From Mizuhopecten yessoensis (taxonomy: Eukaryota): a stretch of 64,000 nt of DNA. Numbering within the stretch: the stretch's first letter is position 1; every line of letters begins with the position of its first letter. The stretch is taken from contig NW_018405506.1 of the NCBI RefSeq assembly GCF_002113885.1, positions 167,441-231,440 on the forward strand, given 5' to 3'. Made by a program: the position numbers and the translations under genes. Below are positions 38,553 to 50,934 of the stretch, one piece after another. The notes beneath the pieces were generated by a model. That model saw only the letters and a list, made by a program, of their open reading frames with translations, searched no databases and had not been told where the DNA came from.

Positions 38553-41500
38553 TGTGTCCTGGTTTACCACAGGACTACATGTCCTAGTTTACCACTGGGT
38601 GGACTAAGTGTCCTGGTTTACCACTGGGTGGACTACATGTCTTAGTTTACCACTGGGTGGACTAAGTGTCCTGGTTTACCACTGGGTGGACTCTGTGGGT
38701 TGGTTTACCACATGATAGACTACGTGTCCTGGTTTACCACTGGGTGGACTTTGTGTCCTAGTTTACGACTGGGTGGACTATGTGTCCTTGTTTACCATTG
38801 GGTGGACTATGTGTCCTTGTTTACCACTGGGTGGAATTCGTGTCCTAGTTTACCACTGGTGGACTTCGTGACCTTGTTTACCACTGGGTAGACTACATGT
38901 CCAAGTTTACCACTGGGTGGACTAAGTGTCCTGGTTTACCACTGGGTGGACTACATGTCCTAGTTTACCACTGGGTGGACTACGTGTCTTATTTTACCAC
39001 TGGGTTGACTACATATCTCAGTTTACCACTGGGTGGACTACATGTCTTAGTTTACCACTGGGTGGACTACATGCCCTAGTTTACCTCTAGGTGGACTTCG
39101 TGTCCTGGTTTACCACTGGGTGGACTACATGTCTTAGTTTACCACTGGATGGACTACATGTCCTAGTTTACCACTGGGTGGACTATGTGTCTTAGTTTAC
39201 CACTGGGTGGACTAAGTGTTCTGATTTACCACTTGGTGGACTAAGTGTCCTGGTTTACCACTGGATGGACTTCGTGGGTTGGTTTACCACTGGATAGACT
39301 ACGTGTCCTGGTTTACCACTGGGTGGACTTTGAGCCTTGTTTACCACTGGATGGACTACATGTCCTAGTTAACCACTGGATGGACTATGTGTCTTAGTTT
39401 ACCACTGGGTGGAATTTGTGTCCTAGTTTTCCACTGGTGGACTCCGTGTCATAGTTAACTACTGGGTGGACTACATGTCCTAGTTTACCACTGGGTGGAC
39501 TATGTGTCCTAGTTTATCACTACATTGGTGGACTTTGTGTCCTGGTTTACCACTGGGTGAACTTTGTGTCCTAGTTTACCACTGGTTGGATCACATGTCC
39601 TAGTTTACCACTGTGTGGAATTCGTGTCCTTGTTTACCACTGGATAGACTACATGTCCTAGTTTACCACTGGGTGGACAACGTGTCCTAGTTTATCACAA
39701 CATGGATGGACTTTGTGTGCTGGTTTACCACTAGGTGGACTTTGTGTCTTAGTTTACCACTGGATGACTCCGTGAGTTGGTTTACCACTGGATGGACTAC
39801 ATGTCCTAGTTTACCACTGGGTGGACTACATGTCTTAGTTTACCACCATGTCCTAGTTTACCACTGGGTGGACTCCGTGGGTAGACTACATGTCCAAGTT
39901 TACCACTGGGTGGACTAAGTGTCCTGGTTTACCACTGGGTGGACTACATGTCCTTGTTTACCACTGGGTGGACTACATCTAGTTTACCACTGGGTGGACT
40001 ACATGTCCTAGTTTACCACTGGATGGACTACATGTACTAGTTTGCCACTGGTTGGACTACATGTCCTAGTTTTCCACTGGGTGGACTACATGTCCTAATT
40101 TACCACTGGGTGGACTATGTGTCTTAGTTTACCACTGGGTGGAATTTGTGTCCTGTTTACCACAGGCCTCCATGTCCTAGTTTACCACTGGGTGGACTCC
40201 GTGGGTTGTCCTTGGTTACCACTTGGTGGACTACATGTCTTAGTTTACCACTGGATAGACTAAGTGTCCTAGTTTACCACTGGGTGGACTCCGTGGGTGG
40301 ACTAAGTGTCCTGGTTTACCACTGGATGGACTTTGTGTCCTTGTTTACCACTGGGTTGACTACATGTCCTGGGTTACCACTGGGTGGATTACATGTCCTA
40401 GTTTACCACTGGGTGGGCTACGCGTCTTATTTTACCACTGGGTTGACTACATATCTCAGTTTACCACTGGGTGGACTACATGTCTTAGTTTACCACTGGA
40501 TAGACTAAGTGTCCTAGTTTACCACTGGGTGGACTCCGTGGGTGGACTAAGTGTCCTGGTTTACCACTGGGTGGACTTTGAGCCTTGTTTACCACTGGAT
40601 GGACTACATGTCCTAGTTTGCCACTGGGTGGACTACATGTCTTAGTTTACCACCGGATAGACTAAGTGTCCTTGTTTACCACTGGGTGGACTACATTTCC
40701 TGGGTTACCGCTGGGTGGACTACATGTCCTAGTTTACCACTGGGCTGGGTGGAATTTGTGTCCTAGTTTACCAATGGGTTGAATTTGTGTACTAGGTGGA
40801 CTTCGTGTCCTGGTTTACCACTGGGTGGACTTTGAGCCTTGTTTACCACTGGATGGACTACATGTCCTAGTTTGCCACTGGGTGGACTACATGTCTTAGT
40901 TTACCACCGGATAGACTAAGTGTCCTTGTTTACCACTGGGTGGACTCCGTGTGTTGGTTTACCACTGGATGGACTACGTGTCTTAGTTTACCACTGGGTG
41001 GACTCCGTGGGTTGTCCTTGGTTACCACTTGGTGGACTACATGTCTTAGTTTACCACCATGTCCTAGTTTACCACTGGGTGGACTCCGTGGGTTGGTTTA
41101 CCACTGGATGGACTACGTGTCTTAGTTTACCACTGTGTGAACTACATGTCCTAGTTTACCATTGGGTTGACTTCGTGTCCTAGTGTACCACTGGGTCGAC
41201 TACGTGTCCTTGGTTATCACTGGGTGGACTACATGTCCTAATTTACCACTTGGTGGACTACATGTCCTAGTTTACAACTTGGTGGACTACATGTCCTAGT
41301 TAACCACTGGTTGGACTTCATGTCCTGGGTTACCACTGGTTGGACAACGTGTCTTAGTTTACCACTGGGTGGACTCCGTGGGTTGTCCTTGGTTACCACT
41401 TGATGGACTACATGTCTTAGTTTACCACTGGATAGACTAAGTGTCCTTGTTTACCACTGGGTGGACTACATTTCCTAGTTTACCTCTAGGTGGACTTCCT

Positions 41501-42711
41501 GTCCTGGTTTACCACTGGTTGAACTTTGTGTCCTAATTTACCACTGGGTGGACTACATGTCCTGGGTTACCACTGGGTGGACTACTTGTCCTAGTTTACC
41601 ACTGGGTGGATTACATGTCCTAGTTTACCACTGGGTGGACTACATGTCCTAGTTTACCACTGGGTGGAATTTGTTTCCTAGTTTACTACTGGGTGGACTA
41701 CATGTCCTTGTTTACCACTGGGTGGACTACATGTCCTAAGTTACCATTGGGTGAACTACATGTCCTAGTTTACCACTGATGGACTTCGTGTCCTAGTTTA
41801 CCACTGGCTGGAATTTGTGTACTAGTTTACCACTAGGTGGAACACATATCCTAGTTTACCACTGGGTGGAATTTGTTTCCTGGTTTACCACTGGGTGGAC
41901 TACATGTCCTAGTTTACCACTGGGTGGAATACATTTCCTGGGTTACCACTGGGTGGACTTCGTGTCCTAGTTTACTACTGGGCGGACTACATGTCCTAGT
42001 TTACCACTGGTGGATTACGTGTTCTTGTTTATCACTGCATGGTTGGACTTTGTGTCCTGGTTTACCACTAGGTGAACTTTGTGTCCTAGTTTACCACTGG
42101 GTGGACTACATGACCTAGTTTACCACTGGGTGGACTACTTGTCCTAGTTTACCACTGGGTGGACTTCGTGTCCTAGTTTACCAGTGGGTGGACTACGTGT
42201 CCTTGGTTACCACTAGGTCTACTCTGTATCCTGATTTACCACTGGGTGGACTACATATCCTAGTTTACAACTGGGTGGACTACATGTCCTAGTTTACCAC
42301 TGGTTGGACTTCATGTCCTGGGTTACCACTGGATGGACAACGTGTCTTAGTTTACCACTGGGTGGACTCCGTGGGTTGTCCTTGGTTACCACTTGGTGGA
42401 CTACATGTCTTAGTTTACCACTGGATAGACTAAGTGTCTTTGTTTACCACTGGGTGGACTCCGTAGGTTGCTTTACCACTGGATGGACTACGTGTCTTAG
42501 TTTACCACTGGGTGGACTCCGTGGGTTGTCCTTGGTTACCACTTGATGGACTACATGTCTTAGTTTACCACTGGATAGACTAAGTGTCCTTGTTTACCAC
42601 TGGGTGGACTCCGTGGGTTGGTTTACCACTGGTGGACTTCGTGTCCTAGTTTACTACTGGGTGGACTACATGTCCTAGTTTACCACTGGGTGGACTACAT
42701 GTCCTAGTTTA
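38553..42711. repeat. Satellite, 29-bp unit (ctagtttaccactgggtggactacatgtc), ~140 copies
   Basis: Continuous 4.1-kb tandem array; it explains the repetitive ORFs at 38700-42546. Confidence 0.97.
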
Positions 42712-44382
42712 CAAGAGAGATTAATGTACATGTAAGATGAAATTCATAATTGTTGCATAATAAATAAAGTTTTTATGTACGTGTATATATTCGATTTAGA
42801 TATAATCTAATTCCATACAAATCACATGTTGCGATGCAAGTGTAGTCGTTCTTCATTGGAATTAAAAAAAAAATGAAAACAATAATAATACAAAAAAACT
42901 GCAGGGGTCGAACTTTTCCAGTAGGGTGCCCTGTACCAATGTTTCCATACAGGTAGTATGCAATGACGGCATACAAATAAGTGTACCGTTTATAGGTCAC
43001 AAAGCATAAGTAAAATTTGACAGGGATAGTTACTCCGAGCCAGAAAAAAAACTGATTTAGGTTGCTTCTCTCATCTTCTATATAGAAGGGAGAATACTCC
43101 AAATTCTTTAATGATGTAGTGGTACTCTTAACCTTAATGACGGTAGCAAGTAAAATAGAGGGAAAATACCACAGATTCAGCTCACAAGGAAAACATTGGA
43201 ACTCAAAACTACTTCGTAAGGATAGCAAAGTAACGGAGGGGACACGAGAACGGAACAGGAGACATGAACCCCTCTGAAATGGCAAAGACTAGATGGTAGC
43301 AATTATGATTGAGGGGAGGCAACTCTTACATGGCAGACACTGCCACACAATAATAGATCTAGGTAGTATCATCACAGAAAATAAGTTGGCTGACCTGGTT
43401 CGTGGAAAAAAATGTTAAGGGAAGTTATGCACATATCCGTTTTATATCATGGACCAAGGTGATGGGTCATGGGGAACAAGAGCTGATACGCCTATTTCTC
43501 CAGTTCAACTAAGCCATTTTTAAATCGAACTTGTGTGAAATAATTATTTTACGAGCATAACCAAGTGCTATTTTTCGGACCAATCCAGTATGACAATCCT
43601 GGTCTATAATTGACCAAGACACTATGTTTCACCTTATCAAAACTTTTATCGGTCCACTTTTGATAAAAAGGTAATTCAAGTGACTCTCAAAGCTGTGGCC
43701 AGGTTTCGTGATTTTTCGGGCCAAAGCACAATCAAAGATAGCCTACAGGCCTCTGATAGGACTATATTAATGAAACCTCTAATTTTACTAGGTTGATTCA
43801 GCGGCGTATATACGTCTCTGGTTGATTTAAACCAAAATAGATACAAAGGTACATTTTTGGAAAAAAACATTTAAGATGACCACTATAGTGTCAAATTGAT
43901 GAAAATGTTTCCATTTTTTTGTGTTGTTGAATTATTAACACGTTTACAAACACTTTTTAATAACATGTACCCGATATAGGGCCCTTGGGTCTCTTGATAG
44001 ATTATCTTGTACAAATGCCGAGTTTATGTGATACATCTTTCTATTTATTTGTCTGTTCGTCAACTTTCCTTCATAAAAATGTTCTACATAAACACAGGAC
44101 AGAGAGGCCGGGTATTTGGCACACTAGCATTTTGCTGTGGGGAAGACTATAAGATAATTTCAAATAAATGACCTTGATCTATCATTGAAGTCACGGGTCA
44201 AAATTTTGAAATGTAGCTTTTAGTAACCTTTTTTTAAAAGAATCTAGAGTTTCGAGTCATAACATGTGTCCTGATGCGTGGTGGGATAATGCCTATCAAA
44301 TACAAATACATGACCTTGATCTGATCTCAAGGTCATGGGTAGATTGTGTTAAACATTTCCAACAACTTCTTCTGCAAAACCA

Positions 44383-44473
44383 TTTACCCTTTCACCACTG
44401 TTGACCATAATGGACTCATCCAGATCAAGGCATAGTAGAGTCTACTAAAGTTACATAGGGTTGAAAGGGTTAA
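44383..44473. mobile_element. ~90-bp TTAA-flanked MITE, copy 3
   Basis: tttaccctttcaccactg...gttgaaagggttaa; same orientation as copy 1. Confidence 0.7.
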
Positions 44474-45543
44474 GTCTAAATTGTTAATGTCTCCTGCAAC
44501 ATGTACTATGGTAAAGGGAAGCCAAACCATTAACAATGAGTATGATTTTGACCCAATTACAAGGGCACGGGGTCAACTTTGTTAAAACCCTCTAACGACT
44601 TATTATGCTATTTGTTCTGTAGCTGGCTGGGGTAAAATATTATAAATTTCGTTTAAATAAATGACGTTGGGGTGGGGGATTGTTACCAAATATGTTCAGA
44701 TAAATGTGATCTTGACCCACTTGCGAGGACACACAGTCACAGAAACAACTTTGATAAAACCGTAAATGATTTCTACGAACTATAACGGGAAGACGGCTAT
44801 CGATTTTGCTCAAATAAATTTCATTTGCCAACTTTCAAAAGTGTATGTGTTGAAAAAAAACGATAACAATAAAAACATGATCCAGAATGTTATATTTCAC
44901 GGTCCCGTAGCTCACTTGGTTAGAGGACTTCAAATACATTCAATGGAACGACATTGACTCACTTTAAAGGTTACAGGCCTCACATTTGTTTCAAAGGAAT
45001 TGAAATAAGTACATACACGTATATAACCTAAGAGTACTTTATATAGTATTCAAACGTCTAGGAATAGACTGGCTACCAGCCCCTTTTTATGAAGATTTTC
45101 TCGACTGCATTTTACTACTTGCTTATCTCCCCCTAGTTTAGAACATAGGATACTTTTCTGTCTAAATTATTCAATATTCTAGAGAAGGGAGCCAGTCTAA
45201 TCTAGGAAGTTTCTTCTGAAATATTGAACAATTCAGAAACATCATGATACATACATCAAATTTCACTAAATGTGTTCAGATTAAAGAAGCTATAGCGTGT
45301 TTACATGATGTAGTTTTTGTCCCGTGGGTTGAAGTACTAAAACAAGTGTCATGTCTATTTCATCAATTCGTGTCAATATCACATCATTCATAAAACATGT
45401 GCTTCGTAACACCCGTAACGTGGCCAAAGAAAGACAACTCTGTAGATATTAACAAATATTCATCTCGATCAATTATTTTTTAATTTATTTTAATCATGTA
45501 TGTATACGACTATTGAGTTTACTGCCATTCTATTTGTAATTTT

Positions 45544-45747
45544 GTGGCCGGGTGGCGCAGTGGATAGCGCACTTGCTACCAAGGCGACCGGCGTTCGATT
45601 CTCCGATCGGACGTTGGGACGTATGGGGTCACCTGCCCGAATATTTGGGTACAGTAAGACCCCGCGCACTAACATCCGGGCTTACAAGAGTGATTAGTAT
45701 AAGTTGTAAAACTTGTTTCATAATTGTTGTAAGATAAATAAAGTTTA
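45544..45747 (+). mobile_element. tRNA-derived SINE, copy 1
   Basis: Pol III A-box TGGCGCAGTGG (45553), B-box GTTCGATTC (45593); body and tail shared with 45994-46210. Confidence 0.75.
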
Positions 45748-45993
45748 TATTAAATTGTGTATTTACTGTGTTAGCTATACGGAACACTTACAAATGTAAA
45801 AGTCGGGGTGAGGGAAGTAACCCTGTGATCGTTTTCAATATCTGATGACGTAATACTTTCATCTTGAAGTAATTAATTGCGAGTGGTATTGATATATTAC
45901 ACTTTATCTACAGCGACGTGCCGATGGTGTTTGATCATACAGGACATAGCTGACTTTCAGTTACAATAGGTTATAACTTATGTTTGTATCCAT

Positions 45994-46210
45994 GGGGTGG
46001 TCGGGTGGTGCAGTGGATAACGCAATCGCCTTTCACCATCGACTCCCCAATCGGACGTCACCTGTCTGATCACGTGGGTTTTCTCCTGCTACTCCAGTTT
46101 CCTCCCACATTAAGACCCCCCGCGCGCTAACACCCGGGCTAACAAGAGTGATTAATATAAGTTGTAATATTAAACTTGTTTCATAATAGTTGTAAAAGAA
46201 ATAAAGTTTA
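45994..46210 (+). mobile_element. tRNA-derived SINE, copy 2, with V-SINE-like core
   Basis: A-box TGGTGCAGTGG; core cgtgggttttctcctgctactccagtttcctcccaca resembles the V domain; same 3' tail as copy 1. Confidence 0.75.
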
Positions 46211-49200
46211 TAATTATATTCATATAGAATCCCTCGCTATAGGCCTATATATAATGTACATTTGGATAATAGTCAAAAAAAAAATTGGTTATAAAGCAAT
46301 GTGATTATAGTAATGGAATACAACTAGCTATAAAGAACAACTGTTATAAGTAAATCCGTCTGTACAGTAAAACTGGTGGGTATACCAAGCGTACAAGTTA
46401 TAACAAGTGGTTATGTTTACATTTCCACTGCAAGTTCCTCTATAAGCTTACCATAATAAATTGCGTCCATAGGGCCATGAACGCAATAGGATCAGTGTCA
46501 TTTTGAAGCTTCTTCTCTCGCTCGAATAACACGAGACAACAAATAGAAGCAATGATTTTTGTGATGTCAGGCTGTTTCAGGAATTTCGTTTGCACTTACG
46601 ACAGAGACACTTCAATATCGATAACACAACTTGGGAATCTGTCTTTAGGACAATAATAACGTAAAATGTATCATGTAAACATTCATACCAGCTTGAAATT
46701 GAGAAAAAACTTATGTAAAATACAACAGAACCTCGATTCTAGTCATATTTGTTATGTATATGTTTAATGAATGACCTTAACTCACTTTCAACGTTAAAAA
46801 AGTAAGATGTGTTTCATATTATTATATATATGAAATATTACAAAACAACAATTTTTTAGTATTCATGCATCTAGCAAATTATTCTATATTCAGCGATTCA
46901 GGATTTTTGATGTTTCATGAAATATTATTGCTTTGTTCAGTTTCTGGTCACAAATTGAATTTGACTATGACCTTTTCGTGCCTTGACCTAGGGATACGGA
47001 CATGTGAGTCAGGATACATTCAATTGCCCTTAATTGGGCGGATTGGTCGAGTGGTAAACACTCCGGCCTTCCACGCAGGCGGCCGGGGTTCGATCCCCGA
47101 AGTTGTCGTACGCATGTAATATTCAAAGAAAGTGTTTTTCTCCTGTCCACACGACTCCAACAACCTAGGTGGAGTATAAAATGGTCTTGGGTTGATGTTG
47201 CGGTATCTGTGCTGTAGCATTCAAGTGAGATGGCACTATACATTATATCGTTGGAAACACAGTCCCACTACAAACAGAACACGATAATCTCCAGCACACA
47301 CGCAGGCATACACACATAGGGAGATATTAGCCAGGTGGCATAGGACTAGTAGTAAGCACCTGATAAGGCAGCTCCTGTGTATATACTAATAGCATAAATT
47401 GTATATCTATGAATTGTAAAGCACTTTAGAGTGGCTTATTCTAGCTCGATAGGTATCCATGGCTGGGTACTTTGGCACTCATGTCGTCAACCACTAGTGG
47501 AAAAACAGCAGCTGCATTGTCTCCTCAGGAAAGGAATAAAAGGAATAGCTGGGGACGTTAAGTCCGTCAAACCTTTGGGATCTGGTGATCTCCTTATCGA
47601 GGTTTTTCGCAAACAACAGCCGATTAATCTACTGGGTACCATCAGTTTTGGAGGTGTCGGCGTTATAGTGAAAGCACATTCATCACTGAACAGCAGGGTA
47701 ATCAGATTCCCTGTCCTGCGCATTGACGCTGATGCCGCCATACTGGAGTACTTCCAGGAGGAGGAAATCCCAGTCTCCGAGGTGCGACGGATTTTGTCCA
47801 AGAAGAACAACAAGTTGGTTCCGACAGACACGTTTGTGCTGACTTTTGCTACCTCATCATTACCTTCGGCCGTAGGGATTGGTTACCAAAGGTGCAGTGT
47901 CTTCGTTTACATCCCTAATCCATTAAGATGCCGTAACTGTCATCATGAAAAACGCTGTAGGCGGAAGACCGTTTGCCAGTATTGTGGTCATGAAGGTCAT
48001 GAGAACCGAAGCGACTGTGATATTGCCAACCTGCGTTATGTCAACTGTGAGGGAAAGCATGCTGCTTCGTCTCGAGACTGCCCTGCCTGGAATCACGAAA
48101 GAGAGATATTGCGGGTCAAATTTACCCGAAATGTCTCCTTTCCCGAAGCTAGGAGACGTAACTGCACCCTCATATGCACAAGTGACGAAATTCAGGTCGC
48201 TGGTCAACAATGTCACAGTCACAGATGCTTCGGTTCAAGTATCTGAGGACATACCTGACTGGGGCTCACAAGTCCAAGACACGACTGGCCAACAGAACTT
48301 GAGAATCCTCACGGGAGATCCATCCCATTTCACGACCAAAACGAAAATGAATAAACCCTTCAACGTTTCAAAGACACCTTCCTCATTAGGAGAAAACCCT
48401 CAAAAACTTGGCCCATCTAGGGCACATATGCGTGTGCAGCGATCTCGGTATCGCGATCCCAACAGAGGTCAGAGCCTACATCACCAGACAATAGACCTAA
48501 GAAAAAACATAGAATAGCCTGTGGCAAATCTGCTTGGCCCCATCTGAATGGGAGGACCCGACAAACAGATGTAATGTCCTACTGGATCTCGATGACGAGA
48601 TGGAGACGAATGCTTCAACTCCATCGAGCTTCAACTCCATCGAAATCCAGTCCAACTTGAACGAAATGAACAAAACAATTATCCAATGGAACATCCGCGG
48701 ATTAAAGGCGAATATAGAAGAATTTCAGCATCTATCAAAACAGTTTAACCCCGCCATGTTTTGTCTACAAGAAATTATGCTTAAACCCAATCACTCTTAG
48801 GATTTTCACACTCTACAGTGACATTCCAACAGTAGATAGCAGAGCAGCAGGTGGTACAGCTGTAGCTATCCATAAGAATATTCCTCACCTAAAGATAAAG
48901 TTAAACACAAATTTACAGGCTGTTGCTGTCTGTGCAACATTACACAGAAAAAATAACCGCCTGTTCAATTTATCTCCCTCCGAGTATTGTTTTCACTTGT
49001 GAGAAACTCAATAGCATCGTCTCCCAACTCCCAACACCATTCATAATCCTCGGTGATTTTAATGGTCATAATAGCCTGTGGAGCTCTCCAAACACAGACG
49101 AGAGAGGAAGACGTATTGAGGAATTTATAGATAAAAACAACAATACCCCTACTTATTTGCACCCTGCTACAGGCTCTCGTACCCACATTGATCTGTCATT

Positions 49201-50176
49201 ATGCCATCCTTCCATTCTACTTGATTATGACTGAAAGGTAAATAATGATCTTTGTGTGAGTGAACACTTCCCCATTTTTCTTAAGAATATTGGGACTCCT
49301 CTTGATGATCCTCTATCTTGATGGAATGTGCACAAATCAGATTGGGTCCATTTCCAACACATGTGCAACGAGAAGCTTACCACAGAAAAAAAATGCTAAC
49401 CTCGACGACCCAATCAAAACTTTTACTGAAACACTCACTTCTATTGCCCAAAAGACGATTCCAAAATCCGCTCCAAAACATACGAAGTTCCTTTTAAACT
49501 ACAGTGATTTTAAAATGTGTCGGGCAAAGGCTCGGCGATCAGTTAAGATTGACAAAAGGAACAGCTGGAGAGAATATGTATCCAAAGTATCAACAAAAAC
49601 GTGGGGAAAAGAAAAAGTCAACATTCTCCCACCTTATTAAAAAAACAATTTTTGTTCGGTTAAGTCTGAAATTGCTGATGCATTTGCAAAAACATAGCTA
49701 AAAACTCATCTCCTTTAAACCACTCTCAAAAATTCCAGTCTTTAAAGAAAGAAAAAGAAGAAAAACACAGAAAGTTACAATGAACTATTTACCCTGCCAG
49801 AACTTGTTGATTCGCTTGGAAAATCACAGGACTCTGCTTCAGGTCCTGATGATATTCCACATCAATTTCTCAAACACCTACCGGACTCGTCACTAAGATG
49901 CCTTCTTAACACATTCAACCAAGTTTACGCTTCCGGAAAGATTCCAGATTCTTGGAAGAATTATACAATTAAACCTATCCCAAAACCGGGAAAAGATGCT
50001 ACTGACCCACACAACTATCGTCCTTTTTTCCTAACTAGTTGTGTATGTAAAACTTTAGAACGAATGATTAACACAAGACTGGTTGGTTTCTTGAGACCAA
50101 CGATATACTATCCCCTTTTCAAAGTCGTTTTAGAAACAGAAGAGGGACAAAATTACCATCTCATCAGACTCGAGAC

Positions 50177-50623
50177 TATGGCAAGCCAAGTTGTCATTTA
50201 TGCATGGAGCAATGTTGATCCAGTACTTAACCAAATTATATAAGATATCTTATTTAATTATATAAGATATCTTATATACTTTATGAGATATCTTATATAC
50301 TTTATAAGATATCTTATATAATAAATGAGATATCTTATATATTTTATAAGATATCTTATATACCTTTCTTTATAAGATATCTCATAAAAGATATAAGATA
50401 TCTTATANNNNNNNNNNNNNNNNNNNNNNNNNNNNNNNNNNNNNATAAGATATCTCATATGTTTATAAGATATCTTATATGTTTATAAGATATCTCATAT
50501 GTTTATAAGATATCTTATATAATATATAAGATATCTTATATAATATATGAGATATCTTATATAATTTGGTTAAGTACTGGATCAACATTGCTCCATGAAT
50601 AAATGACAACTTGGCTTGCCATA
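50177..50623. mobile_element. Foldback/MITE with >70-bp TIRs (TATGGCAAGCCAAG...), 6-bp TSD CGAGAC and an AT-rich internal repeat; IS3EU-like
   Basis: TSD at 50171-50176 and 50624-50629; removing the insert restores the RT peptide HLIRLETFIREAF; contains an N gap. Confidence 0.85.
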
Positions 50624-50832
50624 CGAGACGTTCATTCGAGAGGCTTTCGTCAAGAAGGAACACTTTGTTGCCGTGTTGTTTGATCTTGAGAAGGCCTATG
50701 CTACTACATGGCAGTATGGCATCATGCAAGATCTTCACGACCTTGGCGTACGTGGAAACCTTCCCAATTTTATATCTAATTACTTATCAGATAGACACTT
50801 CAAAGTCCGTGTTGGTTCAACTTCAACAATGC

Positions 50833-50934
50833 GCATATAGTGTTGGCCATGTCTGTCCCGTCCCGTCCCGTCCTGTCGCGTCCCGTCCCATCCATGAGCG
50901 GGGGCATTTATGTCTTACAGACATTTTCTAGTTT
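50833..50934 (+). mobile_element. Mini HINE-like fragment at the LINE internal deletion
   Basis: gcatatagtgttggcc, (GTCCC)n, gggggcat, hairpin atgtc-ttaca-gacat, ctagttt. Confidence 0.5.

Noticed and set aside
38553-42711. CRISPR-like appearance of the 29-bp repeat (also the 34-, 35- and 68-bp arrays)
   Set aside because: Units are head-to-tail with no unique spacers, there are no cas genes, and the context is eukaryotic; these are satellites.
42773-43285. 170-aa minus-strand ORF
   Set aside because: Non-ATG start, AT-rich low-information composition and no recognisable domain.
44904-44930. tRNA-like 5' half ggtcccgtagctcacttggttagag
   Set aside because: No anticodon arm, T arm or B-box follows; at most a decayed fragment.
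47036-47110. tRNA-Gly(TCC)-like gene
   Set aside because: A and B boxes and a ttcca loop are present, but the acceptor stem does not pair, no Pol III terminator follows directly, and it continues into a SINE body.
47431-48517. Overlapping 271-aa and 190-aa ORFs as host genes
   Set aside because: They are frameshifted pieces of LINE ORF1; the nominal start lies in the flanking SINE and TSD.
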